DNA from: Tubiluchus corallicola
Lineage: Eukaryota > Animalia > Priapulida
Reading direction: 5' to 3'
DNA length: 64,000 nt
Assembly (NCBI GenBank): GCA_030141605.1
Contig: JAQGDQ010000740.1
Coordinates: 39,786 to 103,785 of the forward strand
The notes below the pieces were generated by a model, which did no database searches, was not told where the DNA came from, and saw only the letters and a program-made list of their open reading frames with translations. The translations under genes were made by a program, and so were the position numbers. Positions 1 through 14,200 of this stretch are shown here, in pieces. Position 1 is the first letter of the stretch; each line of letters opens with the position of its first letter.

Positions 1-1084
1 GACAATACAAACCAATAGCTAAAAAGCTCGAAATAATTATTCGGAAAATGACAATAACCATTCAAAATAAATATTCAAGTCTGGTGAGTAAAATGGGTAG
101 CTTATGCTGTATAGAGTTAAAAACGAAACGTGGCATATTAGCAAAAAAACAAGGTATATTATGCGTGTTGCATAATAAAACAGCAAAAAGGTTGCTTGTT
201 ATTTACAACAACAACTTCATTTCACCCAATGCTGATTGTTCACTGTTATATGATTTATAAGTTATTTCATTTTCTTGTCACTACCAGCTTTTCTTATGTT
301 GGAGTTTTTCTTTTATTGTGTATGTGGTCTTCCTAGTTGCAATTATAAACTTATGAAATTATGAAAAATGCAAAATATTTCAATGTTAATATACCTAGGT
401 AAAAATATCTAAAATAAAACTGATTAAGCAGTACCTGATGTAATATACCTGAATGTTGTAATTTATGTATAAATGTATAAAAGGAGCTAACAAACAAAGT
501 AACGCACAGAACGATAAGAAATTAATTAACACATAATGTGAAGCATTCGAATTATTAAACACAAGAATACATCAAATCTCCTCTAGGCTGCAACCTAACC
601 AGTTTTATAAATAATTGCAAAAATGATAAGTTACTTCACAAAATTACAGAAGTTATTAAAATATCAATGAGCAAACTCGCAAGTTAGTACATGTAGTTTA
701 ATGTTTCATCGCATAATAAATATTGCAGGAACTTAACAAAAAAATTAACACCCAAAACAAACAACATTCTCTAAAAGCAAAACTGCTTCATTCCATATTT
801 CAATAATTACCGTCAACTGTGTAAAATTATCACTCACTTCTGCTACAAAAATTAATGACAATATGAAAATCATTTTCAAAATGTTCGTTACTGTACAAAA
901 TTTTACGAAATATTCTCTACAATGCAGTGAAATAATGCATGATTATTCTTCTCAGCAATACAACGAAACAACGCAAGGAAATAATATATAATCATGCAAA
1001 TGGCAAAAAAGTTCTGCTACTGTATAAGAAAACTCTGACCGCGAGGTCCTTTGCAAAATAATACCGTTTTCTCTTAAAGCTCGT

Positions 1085-1375
1085 TTCTGTATTATAAAAC
1101 AGTAAATTGTGGTCTTAATGTTTCCATAATATTACAAAACAAAAATTGCGTTATTTTTGTTATGTATTATAAAACAATGAATTGTATTCTTCGTGCTTTG
1201 TATAACACTATGTTGTGTTCTTCACTACAGAACAATGAATTGTGTCCTCCGTGTTTAGAATCACAAAACAATAAATTGTATTTCCCTTTTTGTATTACGA
1301 AACAATGAATTTGCCTTTTTTGTTTTGTATTACAAAACAATGACCCACATTCTAAATGTTCTGAATTACAAATCA
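1085..1375. repeat. Degenerate minisatellite, ~38-bp unit, about 8 copies
   Basis: Core TGTATTA(C/T)AAAACAATGAATTG recurs at ~38-bp spacing. Confidence 0.75.
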
Positions 1376-1439
1376 TTTCAAAATAATTGTCGCTAATGTC
1401 AGTGTGTACGCTTCACTACGGATTATTTTGTTTCAAAAT

Positions 1440-1760
1440 TCCATGAGTGGGGAATTCTTTTCCCACGCTCACGGGTTCACTGTTGACAGAGGCATTAACA
1501 TTTAAGTCTGTATCCACATTTTTCACGAATCCAGATACCACGACAAATGAGAAAATCCGATCAAGTCAAAGTCACGTTCACGCGACAGCATATTTTACAT
1601 GATTGTAATCGACTGCAGCTTAATTGTACTTTAGTTACACCGCAAATTACGAAAACGTGCTTTGTGAAAAATAAAAGTCGCGCGTTTAAACTTTACAGCG
1701 CTCTTTCTGACATCTCCACTTAGAGTTGAACTGAGAAAACATTGCAAATGTTTTGTTTTC
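1440..1760. promoter_or_regulatory. Locally CpG-enriched patch, possible promoter of a gene extending left of the window
   Basis: Cluster of CpGs (CACGCTCACGG, CACGCGAC, GTCGCGCG) against a CpG-poor background. No associated CDS identified. Confidence 0.25.
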
Positions 1761-2732
1761 AGAAAAATGGAATATAGTTGTGTAAGTTGCGCTATATGAT
1801 ATAATTATGCAACTTTATTTCAAGTTCACGTAGTGTTTCATTGTCTCAACAACATGAGCTGGGATATTATCTGATTTCGACTACTTCTAAAATACAAATT
1901 GGTCATTTCTGCAAATTTTTCATAGCTAACGAATGCTGATGTAATATTACGTGATCAATCGTACAAAATTGCCCTGGTTAACAAAAGATTTTGCTGACTT
2001 TCCTGCCACCTATTAGCAACACAAATAACCTTTTTTTCCAAGAATCGCATATTTTATTTAACAGGGTCAATAAACAACAGTAACCGAAACTAAGACAAAG
2101 CAAAAAAGTCTTAACGTACAATTAATTTTTATCAACTTAACCAATAAAATCATCATGAAAGGGACTGAAAAATCATCATGAAAAGTATATCTCCAATCAA
2201 TCTCACTATAACTATTATTTATATGCGTCACCGTCACCATCATATACATCTTTTCTCTTAACATGCTGTACAGTGATACTGATAGTGAGCACCTGGGCAC
2301 ACAGATAGTGCGCACTTAAGCACTGATGCCCAATTACAACTTTTAGTACATTCATTTAAACTCATTTAAAGTAGAATTCTTGTTTACATAGTGTATGAAT
2401 ATCAACCACTGGCAGTTAATATTAAATATCCTATAGTGAAACAATCAGCAGAACTCACCTACTCTCCACCAGCTGCCACGTCCAGTCTAGTGCATGCGCT
2501 ATTTTTAACCATAATTGCAAACTATTGTGAAAACTAAATGGATTGTGTTATAAAAGCTTAAAAGCCTAACAAATTCTCTATCTAACCATTTAAAATTTTT
2601 TATTCCATTTCTGCATGTAACCTAAAAAATTTTCGTCAGAACATTCATTTGTCATTTTATAACATATTAACACCGGACACGACGTTATATGCAGCATTCC
2701 TGTTGGCCAGTTTTTTTATTTTCAAATGACAT

Positions 2733-5700
2733 TTACTCAAAGTAAACTAAGTAGGTAACTATACAAGTAGGAGGTAGTACAAGTAGGAGGAATACAATCA
2801 CAAAATTGTATTCCAGTTTCCAAAAACGAGTTCCACCACTTTTGTTGATATTTCTTCTGAAGAAGTGAGCAGTTGATATGGATGTGGCATTTCTAGTCCT
2901 TGTTAACTGTTGCGATTCTACCAGTAAGGCAGAACACCCACTTTTCAATCCCTGAAGAGAAACTGAGACTAGCTAGAAACTAGCTAGTAAAATTTTTTTA
3001 CATCTCAGAAAATCTGAATCTACTGAAGAATGTGGGTGATTGTACTGTTTCACAGAACTTCAGCATTTCTTCCCAGTCAGAACAAGTTGTAGTTACATTA
3101 ATTTTTTCTAATATGCAAAAATTCTTGGCTGAAAAATCTACCGGTACAAAAAGCAAGATAAGTGAAATCAATTTAATTCAGGTTGCCAAACTAAAACCTT
3201 GAGAATGTATGTAGTGTATAAATTAAATGCATATATGCCTGGCTTGTTTTCAAAAAACCACCTTTCAAGTTCATCAACAGTACAACTCTGCATTGCATTT
3301 ATATAACAGGCAAATCAACATTAAGTTAGTTAAAAACACTGATACAGTGAGTCCTTAACAACGGTAGTTCCAGCAAAATGTGACGTTAAGTGAAATGTGG
3401 TTAAATGAAACCAAGACTTCCATAGAAAGTGATGAAAAAGAACTGATATACGTTTCAGAGGCAAAAATCAATGCTGCTTAATTCATGCAAATAAAACGTT
3501 TTATAAGTTTTAATTATATTTCTACATCTACTGATTAATTACTTTCTGCATGCTTGAAACCACCTATCTTTCATTCCCAGCTAGTAGTTTCTTTTTCATT
3601 AATGTTGAAGCCCTACCCGTTAAACACTTGTTGTGGAGATCCATTAGAATATTCTATGGTATAGTAGAACTATCTTTTTACCTCGTAGATTCTGGAACTT
3701 TCTATACGCGATGCACGTAGTAGTTTCTAGATTGTTCTGGTGTTGTCCATTTTCATTGATATATAAGGCGGATCGGACCGCTTATGTTTATTCTCGTATT
3801 CTCAGATTAATTTCAGATTCTCAGATTATTGTATGCTATTTTCTTATCACTTGACTGTGTATATTTCGCGTTCCTTCATACTTTTGCGTTGTAGAAATCT
3901 CACATAATAAACCAGTTCATTTTGACAACATGTTTTCTTGTTTTCTCTACGAGCCGTCCGAGAGAAAGAAACACAACAACACTGCACAGAAAAAACAAAC
4001 GCTTTGCTAACCTTGGGACAATTTCATCTAAATTTTGGTTGCTATAGTAACAGGTTGCAAGCAAAATTTTTTCGCATAAAGTTTGCACCTGTTCAATGCT
4101 CTAAATTAAGTAAAAAAAAGTTGTTGAAAAAATAAGAAAGAGCTTTAAGCTAATTGTCAATAAAATGAAATGTGTTGTTAAGTCAGAAAAAAGTTAAATG
4201 TTCAGGGTCATTAAAATGAAATGTTGCTGAACAGGGAGTCATTAAGCGAGGACTTACTGTAATTCGATTAAGCACATTTCGTTTCAATTACATTAAGTGT
4301 ACCTGAGTAAGTAAAGGTATCCGCTGCATTTAGAAGGTCACTTTCCCCAGCTTTTGCCTTACTTTCAGGATTGCGAGTTCTATGGGAACAACTGGCATAA
4401 TTCAAAATTACAGCCTCTATCCAGTGCTCCACTCTTAAAAAAAATTGGCAACATCATATGAGATATGCCACATTTCTTTAGATACAGATACATGTACACT
4501 CTTTTATGGTATAATTTACAGAGCAGCAAAAAGACATTCACATTCAGTAGTCTGCCACTAGGAAATTGTTTAATATGACGACATCTATATTTCACCTTAT
4601 TTCTAACATCACTGTCAGATGATGTTCCAGTCAGAAAGTAAACAAAATGAATTGACAAAGGCCTCCTTTTGATTCATGAAAAGAGCTTACTGACATTCAA
4701 GCAAAATTTGAAAGCAATTACAAATCAAAGTGTATAGTGACTTTTCAGACACCCTGTATTTGTGCAAATTAACTCTTGCCTTCTGCTGCCATTTTACAAA
4801 AAGCTCGGTGCTTCTAAATACCTTCCAAAGCTATAATACAAGCTTTTACCAAAAAAAAATAAAGTGAGGGTTACATACCTCACCTACTTAACTCTTCGAA
4901 CAATATTAATCTCATTTCACTTAACAGAAGTATTGGTTAAAATCCACAGCAATCCTTATAAAAAGGCAAATGCATCCCAAAACAATATAGGAAAGATGGC
5001 AGGTAAATTACTTTCTGTCTTTAATTCTGCAAAGTGTCAGCTCTTGTCCAGTTTCATTTGCTGTTGACTGTTTATTCAGGCTATCGGGGATTTTTATTTT
5101 CTCATCCCCAACAACCTTTTTTACACCAATCTAGAAAGAAGACATGGTGCTATTAGCTTCAAGTCGTCACATGCATCAGCGGCAAACAAATAATCACTGA
5201 TAAGTTTATACTTATAAAGCTGCATAATTTATTTTCAGGCAAAGTAGTTATTTGTACGATGATTTTTTGCCAGTCTTCACTAATGCTGCATTGCATCTAA
5301 ACAGTAAATGGTTGTTACGATTCCTAAATGGAACTCTTGAACTTTGAAATTTTAACAGTTTAATCATGCAGATTCCTAGTATGTATCGAAGCCTTTGATA
5401 AGCACCAAAATTCTTAAAATGATTCATGTCAAGTTCACTGACTTTGTCAACAGTAAATTATAATAAAGTAAAGTAAAGTAATTTTATATCAAAGAACATA
5501 CAACTCACTCGTTTTTTTGCTGCCGGTTTCCTTGTAGTTATTATACTACATTTTCCCTGGTGCGAGTTCTTATCTCTTTCGTTAACTACAAGGATTATTT
5601 CAATTAGAAATGAATCGAATCCGGGGGTTACTCGCTATTGTAAAACTGTTTATTGACAGACTAAGGCTGCATCAGTATAATTAATTTAGATTATATAACT

Positions 5701-7445
5701 AATAACTGTATAACCAAAAATGCATTTACTACAAACCAATATGACCAAAATTTGAATTCCCATAAGTAATTATTTGTTAGCAACAAACTGTCAGTATTCT
5801 GACAGAAACAAAAGTAAGCACAAAAGTTTAAACATTAGAAAAAAACCCATTCAAGCTGTGAAACACTTACAATCAATTTTCTGTCTACTAACTGGACTTT
5901 TTAAATCAATATCGTCGTCTCCACGAAGTGAGCGTGTATTTTTCTCTAAGATTCCTGCACTTGCTGGAATTTCACTGGTTTGCAAAGTGAAATCATCTGT
6001 TGTATGTGATTGCACCTGGGTTTCCTTTACTAAAAACAGCTAAAACAATTTATATTGAAAAAACAAAGCTTATAATACAATATAATACCTATCTAGTATA
6101 ATTTCATAATTGCATTAATAAAAAAGCAAAACATGTTACCTTTTTTCCATGATATTTCATTGCACTGGTTGCCCATACATGCAGTTTTTCTCTATATAAA
6201 GCAGCTGTTTTACTATTATACTTTCCCAACATGTCTTTTATGTCACATCCATGCTCCAAGAAAAACTGTAGCTAGAAATAGATAGATAAAATCTTTATTT
6301 GCTAATTAAAAACTGAAGCATACAAAGTAAAAGTATAATGCACAACAGTTAGTCATATACAACATACACAACCGACTGAATATTGGTAATAATGTCATCT
6401 ACAATTAATATTATGAAAAAAATTAATTAGTCCCTAAAAGTGAATATAACTACAGGTTCGCGATAAACTAGATTTTAGTATCAGACAAAAGAGTGGTTCA
6501 TTTTATTTCAGTAGCACATTGTGTGCAAATGAAATACACTAGGATCTCCAGTCATTGATTCAGAAATGACGAACAGTTTGCACGAAGTACCACTGCTACT
6601 GCTACTGCTTCTTACATTTTCTCAAAAGTAAAACAGCTGCTTATGAATCCAGTTTTTCTCCTGAAGTTCTTATCCATATTAATTCTGTACCAAAAGTTTG
6701 TTTCCATATTCACTATAACCTTCACTGCTTATAAACAAGGATATAACAGGTATCTCTTATCTAAATAGTTTCAAGTATTAGTGCATTAGTTATTGTTGCA
6801 TTAATGCATTGCACAATGACTGTGGATATAAATCATTCATAAGCAAAATCAACAAGCAAAACTTACAGCCTTTGAATTTCCTCCAACCTGCATGGCGTGT
6901 AGTTGAAGCCATGTCCAGTTAGTGTCCAGCCGAACTGACCGCACAAATGACAAGTGTACTCCAAGAGAACGATGAAAGGCGGAGCAGTCAACGCAAATAA
7001 ATATACCATAAGTCACCGACACCCAGCCTGGGTTCTTGGCTCCGCAATCAAAGCATTCCTGCACAATTTAAAAGCTGTCTAAAAAACTTCAGACAACACA
7101 CCAACTGCAAAGAACACCAGTTCTAATAACATGCCTCAAATAGTTATCAGAATTACTTCTTAAATATTGTAAACCAATAATTAATATCTAGCCAGCTTAT
7201 GGTTAGACATATAAGAATGATAGCAAAAGTAACTGGAATAAAATGCAAAGAAAAACAAAAAAAAGAAACATATACTGTGTGCCACAAACAGTTATATTAT
7301 CTATAGATCCATAAAATTACTCTACAAGAACTTTTTAAAAATGGCAGCAATATAGCTTTACCTGATTAGCTGCATTCATTTGTAACTTCTTAAAAGCAAC
7401 CTGGATGACAGATTTACTAGGAACATCATCGACCATTTCTGCCAT
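2733..7445 (-). CDS. ADP-ribosylation factor GTPase-activating protein, ArfGAP2/3 (Glo3)-like, divergent
   Basis: Well-supported exons 7445-7362, 7058-6867, 6271-6140, 6039-5871 and 5585-5509 give [11 protein letters not shown]...[53 protein letters not shown]...[14 protein letters not shown]...[13 protein letters not shown]. This includes the CxxC-x16-CxxC zinc finger, the arginine finger and a basic stretch. Tentative phase-consistent exons 5130-5012, 4433-4303, 3107-3046 and 2951-2733 give ~394 aa ending [11 protein letters not shown]...YLVYFE*. Alternatively exon 6 reads to a TAA at 5008-5010. Confidence 0.8.
3345..4259. mobile_element. pogo/Tigger-like MITE
   Basis: Left end TA|CAGTGAGTCCTTAAC and right end TTAAGCGAGGACTTACTG|TA are imperfect TIRs flanked by TA. 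Confidence 0.7.
3629..3930 (+). mobile_element. Probable solo LTR nested in the Tigger-like MITE
   Basis: Termini TGTTGT...ACAACA, internal TATATAAGG near 3760 and AATAAA ~20 nt before the 3' end. No clean TSD seen. Confidence 0.5.
4727..4756 (-). mobile_element. Orphan Tc1/mariner-type TIR
   Basis: Reverse complement TA|CAGGGTGTCTGAAAAGTCACTATACACTTT resembles the TIRs of the element at 30772-31245. Confidence 0.55.
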
Positions 7446-8213
7446 GAGCATTTGAGAAGCCAAAAATAATGCACAAAAACTAAATAAATGCAACAATGCT
7501 CTGCTCAGTCCACACCTATTTTTTCTCAACTTGACTTTACTTGCACTGCACACGAATATTCCCTGCAATATATTCTATCATTTTCTCCGTATAAACAACC
7601 CACTTTAGTACTTTTTTGTCACTGTTATTGGAAACAAGCACTCCTACTTAGGTATCAGAATTTAACACTGTCACATGACAACAGCTGGTGATATTGGATC
7701 CAAGCATGTATTGACTATATGTAATTATGCAATTGACTATGAATGAAAACAGCTAACTGTATACAACGCATGAGTCAGCTGCTAAACCTTCACGTAAGTT
7801 ACTATTTATAGTAAATATTGCAAGGACAGTTAAGGTGTATAGGTAAAAACTAAATTTGTCAACTTTTAATTTATCAACCCTCCCCTAAAAATTGATGAAA
7901 ACTTTTTGTTCTCAACAATTATTTTCTCCTGTTACATTGTTACACATGTATCAATAGTACATACAGGAATATAATTTTTTAGTCATTCAACTAACCATTT
8001 ATGCTTAAAAACTGATTTACATATGGAAAATTGATATCAAAAACATGGAAAACAAGTATTCAATAATGTTTGCTGGCTAATGCCAACACAATGTATTTTG
8101 CAAATACAACACTTGCAACAATAATGAATTTGCTATTTAACAGTAATAATTTATAAACATACATATAATTACAAAAACGCTGATAGGTAATTAGAACACG
8201 TATATGTCAGAGA

Positions 8214-11200
8214 TCATCTGTGGTCAGCCGCAGTGATACCTGGACAATTTTCTTTCATGTCTCTATCATCTGCATATGTTGTGCCGCACCATAGACAATA
8301 AAAATGCTGTGTCCGCAAGTACTGTGTGATCAACTCCAGTTGGTCTCTTGGCTGTAATTAAAAATGTAATTTTATAATAATTGCAAAAAACTGCACTGTG
8401 CTAATTGAAAAAATAAAATAAAAACAACCGAGTGGTCAAAGTGTGTGCTTGGTGGCTGAAATTAAGCAATGCTGAGGCTGCTCAGTAAATGGAAATGTCT
8501 GGGCTGGTGAACTACTAAAAACTAAAGCAGACCCAGAGGAAAATAGTGAACTAACAAGGACAAACACAAAAGGAAGAATAAGACGTTAAAATAGGTTAGA
8601 TTTCATTCAAAATACATGGGCAAATTTCATTTGATTTCTATTATCAATTTCCAAAAATAAATTTTTAATCCACTTTGAGTTTTGCCCAGGATGACACATA
8701 TACCCCATGATTATGCACATACATGTATAGATTTATATTACTACAGACACAAATTGGTTGGTCATGTACATCATTACAATGCTTTGTCGATAATCTTCGT
8801 ATGAAACAAAGTAAAATATACCTCCAAGTCTTCTTCAGCATCTTCTTCATCATATTCTTCAATTTCATCTGATGCTACTGCCTCATTATAGAGCAGTTCA
8901 TCATCATAGTCACCACTTTTTTCAGGAATATCTAACCTTAAAGGTGCAGGCCAAAACCAACTGTACTCCGGCTGAATGATATTCTGAAATTGTTTTCGAA
9001 AATTAATATCTATATAATAGTTTCGAATTAGAAAGTTTATTTGCAGTATAGTTTTTTGCAGCACCTACTTTGATCTGTTAATTCAAAAAACTTACCTGTG
9101 GCAAACTGCCACACTACCTGTATTTCAGTTTGTCTTTGCTTAATTAATTTATTGTCTATTTTCAATCCATTGACAGAGGAATCCTAGTACTTATGTATAA
9201 AATTTTTCACATTATCTATTTTTAACAATTTTTTTAAATTTGATCTATTCGGTTTTGATAGTTGTCTGGTTTAGAAGTTTTGGCAAGTCCTTTACCTTGT
9301 TCCAAAATATTTTATAATTTTCTATTTTTACTCTAGTTTTTCCCTTAACACTGTATTTAACAATTTAACAATAACATAATACATGTATTTTTTTCCTTCT
9401 AATGAAAATCAAAATACTAAAGAAAAAAACTTGAAAGTTGGACATCTTTCTACTCTACATTTTTCTTTGAAACCACTGTAGCGACCCGACATGGTTATGT
9501 TAAGAACGCATGATTTGCACATTTTTTCTGCTTAATATTATTCACATATTACCATAGTGAACAAAAGCTTGTAAAAAATGATAATTTCCCATGAACTTAA
9601 CATTTTTTAAAATGTATGGAAGTAAATTTTGCATATTTTACTTGTAAAGTGATGCAGTACTATAAAATACCATTACTATGTAGTAGTATCAAATCCTATA
9701 AAGACTGTTCTAGCAAAAGACAAACCAAATGTTTTGGAGAAACTATAAAGCCTGTACTTTCCAGCAAATGACAAACCAAATGTTTAGGAGAAAAAACACA
9801 TTTTCAAAGTAAGAAAACTATTAACAAAATTAGTACCAAATTTGTTGGGTGATCTTTAAATTAAACAAGAAGGATAGTTGAAAATAAGTGTTAACGAACA
9901 AATTTGAGAAATAATCACAAAACAAAGAATATTCAATAAAGCAAAAACAATAACCTTGCTTTCGTCCAGTTGATGACAAATCCGCTGGCTCTGTTTCAGG
10001 TCCCTCTGAATCTCCCGCTCTTCCACCCTTTCCCTCATTCTCTGTGAGAAATCTACTTTCAGCTTGCCCTCCATAGCTTTCCGATGATGCACGATCCTTG
10101 CTCGCATACTTGCCATCTCAGCTTGCTGTTGTCTCGCAGCAGTATCCTTGCCTAGGCCACCACGGCCTGTCTTCACGTCAACAGAGATTGGTTCAATTCT
10201 GCCTTTGTTATCTGTAATTGTCAGAATAATTTTAAAGAAATTCTATTTGAGGTGAAAGACTACACACATAGATTCAGTGATACTTTAGTGGCATGAGCAA
10301 AGTAAGATTCCTTTAATAATTGAAGTCAAACTAAATGCTCACTGTAATATACTGTCGAGGTGCATAAAAAATACTTGTGTCATTTGAGCGTAGAGGCATA
10401 TACCCATCAATGTCTCATAGGGCATCACAAATACGTTCTATCTGCACAGCTAGATGAAAACCTGTCACCCACAAAATATGTGCAGAATATCGGTACAAAG
10501 CATTTTAGCTTCAAGTGAAAAAACTGTTACATTTCATTTTAAATAGATGCACCCAAATCAAACACAAACCTTACAAACATCGCCATAAATTCATTTTTAC
10601 ATACTTTGACATATAATGTAACAGTATCCAGCACTTAACATGCAAGACATAGTAACGATGGTGCTTGTGGCAAGATTAAAAGATCAATTGGCAGAGATAC
10701 TGAGCTACGTTCAGGTGTATGCATCCTTATTATCTAAATGATCTTATTAAGGTCCACTTATTATGGGTCCAAGGAGCATTTTATTAGAAAAATGAGAAAA
10801 CAGAGAAATACAGGCATATTGCTAAAGACAAAAGACAAATTTATGGGCTGGCACTTTATATGAATTGTATATATTTCTTGTATTGCAGTTATCTTATAAT
10901 AGTGTAATAATTTCGTTTAGGACATACTTCAGGGATAACACCTTAAGTAACTCAATACTTATTACCAAGGTGTTCCAAATTTACTTCGATAAACCCTGGT
11001 GCTTGGTTGAAAAACTAACGGTATCATTTTTTAAGTCTTTGTTATGACTCGGCCATGAGTTGAACTAGCGATCACGCTACCATTGAGCTACGCCACACAG
11101 TTTCAATGGTTATCAGAATCAAAAAATTACAATCTGAACCTACATAACAACATGAATCACAAAATATTAGCAAACTAAATACAGTCTTAGTCTTTTACCA

Positions 11201-14200
11201 TGTTTTCCAATTCCCATTCCAGGCTTATATCCCATTTTTGATAAAAGAGCAAATCCCTTATTGTCTGGACCTAAAGCAGTTTCTAAGCCGCTGGTTCTAT
11301 TCTGCTGTTCCAAAGCCTTTTTGCTCACAGTTCTGCAAAAAAATAAATAAAAAAAATATTGAAGCTTTGAATAATAATTAATAGAGGAACTTTGAATTTT
11401 AGTTCTTCTGTCCTATCAAATATACAGTTTCTAAAACTGTGCTAAAGCTACACACTCAGTAATATGTATGAAGTAAGCTGATGTTTGTAGGCCTACCAAT
11501 TTGTGCAAAATCTACTGAAAATCAAGAGAACTATTACAGCTGTTATATAAAATTACTTTATTACTTTAATTCTTTAAGTTTATTTTCTCCTGTGCATTAC
11601 ATATTGTGTTCAGGAAATAATGTAGCAAGACACAGCAAAGTATTTATGCCACAAATGGAAAGGTAGCTGAATGCACACTAAACACAGATGGAAGAAGACA
11701 AGTAAGATTAACTTACAGCTTAGGAGAATTGTTTATTTAAAACTTAAGTTTTTGTAATGACTGCAAGATGTGTGAGAATTCAGTAGTAGTATTGGAAAAT
11801 ATACTACATACATGGAAAATATTTATTTATGGTCAGTTTTTTATGATAGACATACAAATTTCACCACAAGATGTCAGAAAAGAAAACAGGCTACCATCAA
11901 TGAAACTGTATTTTGCTTTGCTGTGTTTCAACTGCACAAATTTGGAGAATTAGTTGCGATTTTGTAAAGGCTATTACAAGAAGTTAAGTGTCAATGCCAA
12001 GTTTCAAACTTTAGTTTCAAATCTACATAAAGCTTCTAGTGTTAGGTATTTCTGTTTTGTGTTTGTCGCTCATGACATATTGCCCTTTTACAAAGACAGG
12101 CCTAAACAAAAAATGATACCTATATAATGACAATTGCTTGCTACTAGCTAACAAATGTGGGAGTTTGTTGTGCAGCAATGTAACGCGAGTTGACGTTAGT
12201 GATTCAGTAAGTGCCATCCAGCAAACAGAGTGAAGATAAGCAGCATATTTGCATCAAAACAAGTCTCTTAGAAATCAATCACGAAAAAACAAATGTTTTA
12301 GTTTTTGAGCAAAGTTAAGAAGTACAATGAAACATCCGTCATTAGGGTGAAGCGAAATGTGATCGATGTTAACACGCATCAACACGATGTTGTGGGACAT
12401 CATACAGAGAGGATTTGCCATATTGTGTAATAGACGATCAAGCATCAAAGCTCAGCAGAATAAAGTACTTGCCTTCTCACAGTGACATCTAGTAGCAAAA
12501 TGTTTAACATATTTACTTGTTTTGAGCATTTTTCTTCCTTGACAAGGCTTCCAATGTATACTCTCTAGCTTTTGTCCGATTGTGCACCAAGCCAGGCCGT
12601 TTATCCTCACTGAAATTACCCAAGCAAATTTCACTTATGAAAAAAGTTGTTTTGAATCTTTCTGGAAAATATGCATGCCACAACATTGCATCTATATCTT
12701 ACATTAGATCAAGTTCATTCAGTTCAGAACATGAGCTGGAAAGCATCCAGTCATAAAAAGAAGGGAAGATACTAAAGTGCACCTAATTACTGAGCAGCTG
12801 ACGGTCACGCAGTAACTTCTGACAACTTAGTTATCTCTGTACTTAAAGATTCGCCAAAGTTTTGCCTTCTCGGACAACAACAGGAAACTTAGAATACTAA
12901 ACAGAGATCTATTCTAAAACAATGTTATTTGATATTGGTTTCTTCTGATCTGATAAGATATCCATGTTTAACCTTGGAGACTAATTCAATATTGCAAAAA
13001 ATTCCTGATATAGTAATTGTTTATGTAAGTACCTGCAAGTACTATATAAAAAGGAGCACAAATTTTGTTTGTAAGTAGGCCTATTTATTCAAATTGATGA
13101 TCCTAAATTCATCTTTTTCATAAATAAGGAGGTTGTATACTGCAGCAGTATTTAATATATTATACAGATCAAGAAAAGTTTACTTAGCTAAAATATAAAG
13201 AAACATCTAAATGAAAGTTTCATTAAAAGGAAATAATGAAGTCATGTAGCAACCATTGGATCACCTGTCTTCAATCCATCCAGGGTTATCATGCTATTAT
13301 TAACATTACTGGTTTAAAGAACTAAAACCAAACTGTCAAAGTGACAGTTGACTATAATGATAAGTAAATAATAACTGAGAATACAAAAAAGATCAAAAGA
13401 CAGAAAAAAGACATACAGAAAAAACTTACAATTAACGTCTTTGATGTGATTATAGTGGTCATTAAATCAAATAAGTCATATTACAATTATTTATAAACAA
13501 TCCATTATATGTGTTTACGAACATCACATATAAAACTAAGTGATAGTAAATGCAATAGCAATGCAAAACTGGAACAACAATTCATGTCACAGCTAACGGT
13601 TCTACAAACTATATGCAAATGTTTAGAAATATGTATCAAAAGTAGAATTTAACAACACAAATCTTGTACATGAAAAGTATTAACACCTCAAATCATTAAT
13701 TGAATGTCTACAAGCTGTGTAGACAATCATTATAATGATGCCACAGATTTTTTCAGCTCAGCTGCAAGTCAATAACAACTTTTTTTCGGTGCGAAACATC
13801 AATGAAAATGCTTTCTTACCTAACAGAAAAAATGAACAAGTTCATTTCAAAATAGCCAATCATATAAGCATATTCAAGCTATTATTGAAATAATAATACT
13901 GCTAATTTGCAGACAATGGGAATTTAATCCCAAGGTCTCTGGTTTAAGTCACGATTTGGTTACAATTTCTCAGAGCACATCTCCTTTCTTTGTTCAACTC
14001 ATTAGTTAGGTAGAGCTATTGGATTGTATGCTGTAGGGATAATAATTCAAGCCTGCTGTGTCATGCTGAGTCTATAGCTCAAATGGCACAGCATGGGAGT
14101 TCTACTTCCAAGGTCTTGGGCTCGAGTCCCAATTGGCTCACAATTTTTGTATTTCCTTCTTTGTTTGACTCATTGACTACTAGGCCACTAGTTGTTGAGA

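Noticed and set aside
4690-4830. AG...GT-bounded open frame as an ArfGAP exon
   Set aside because: In the phase required by exon 6 it stops after 12 codons, and it contains a mariner-type TIR.
14068-14140. Functional tRNA-Arg(TCT) gene
   Set aside because: T-loop T54 is mutated, the anticodon loop is atypical, and it is embedded in a decayed tandem repeat.
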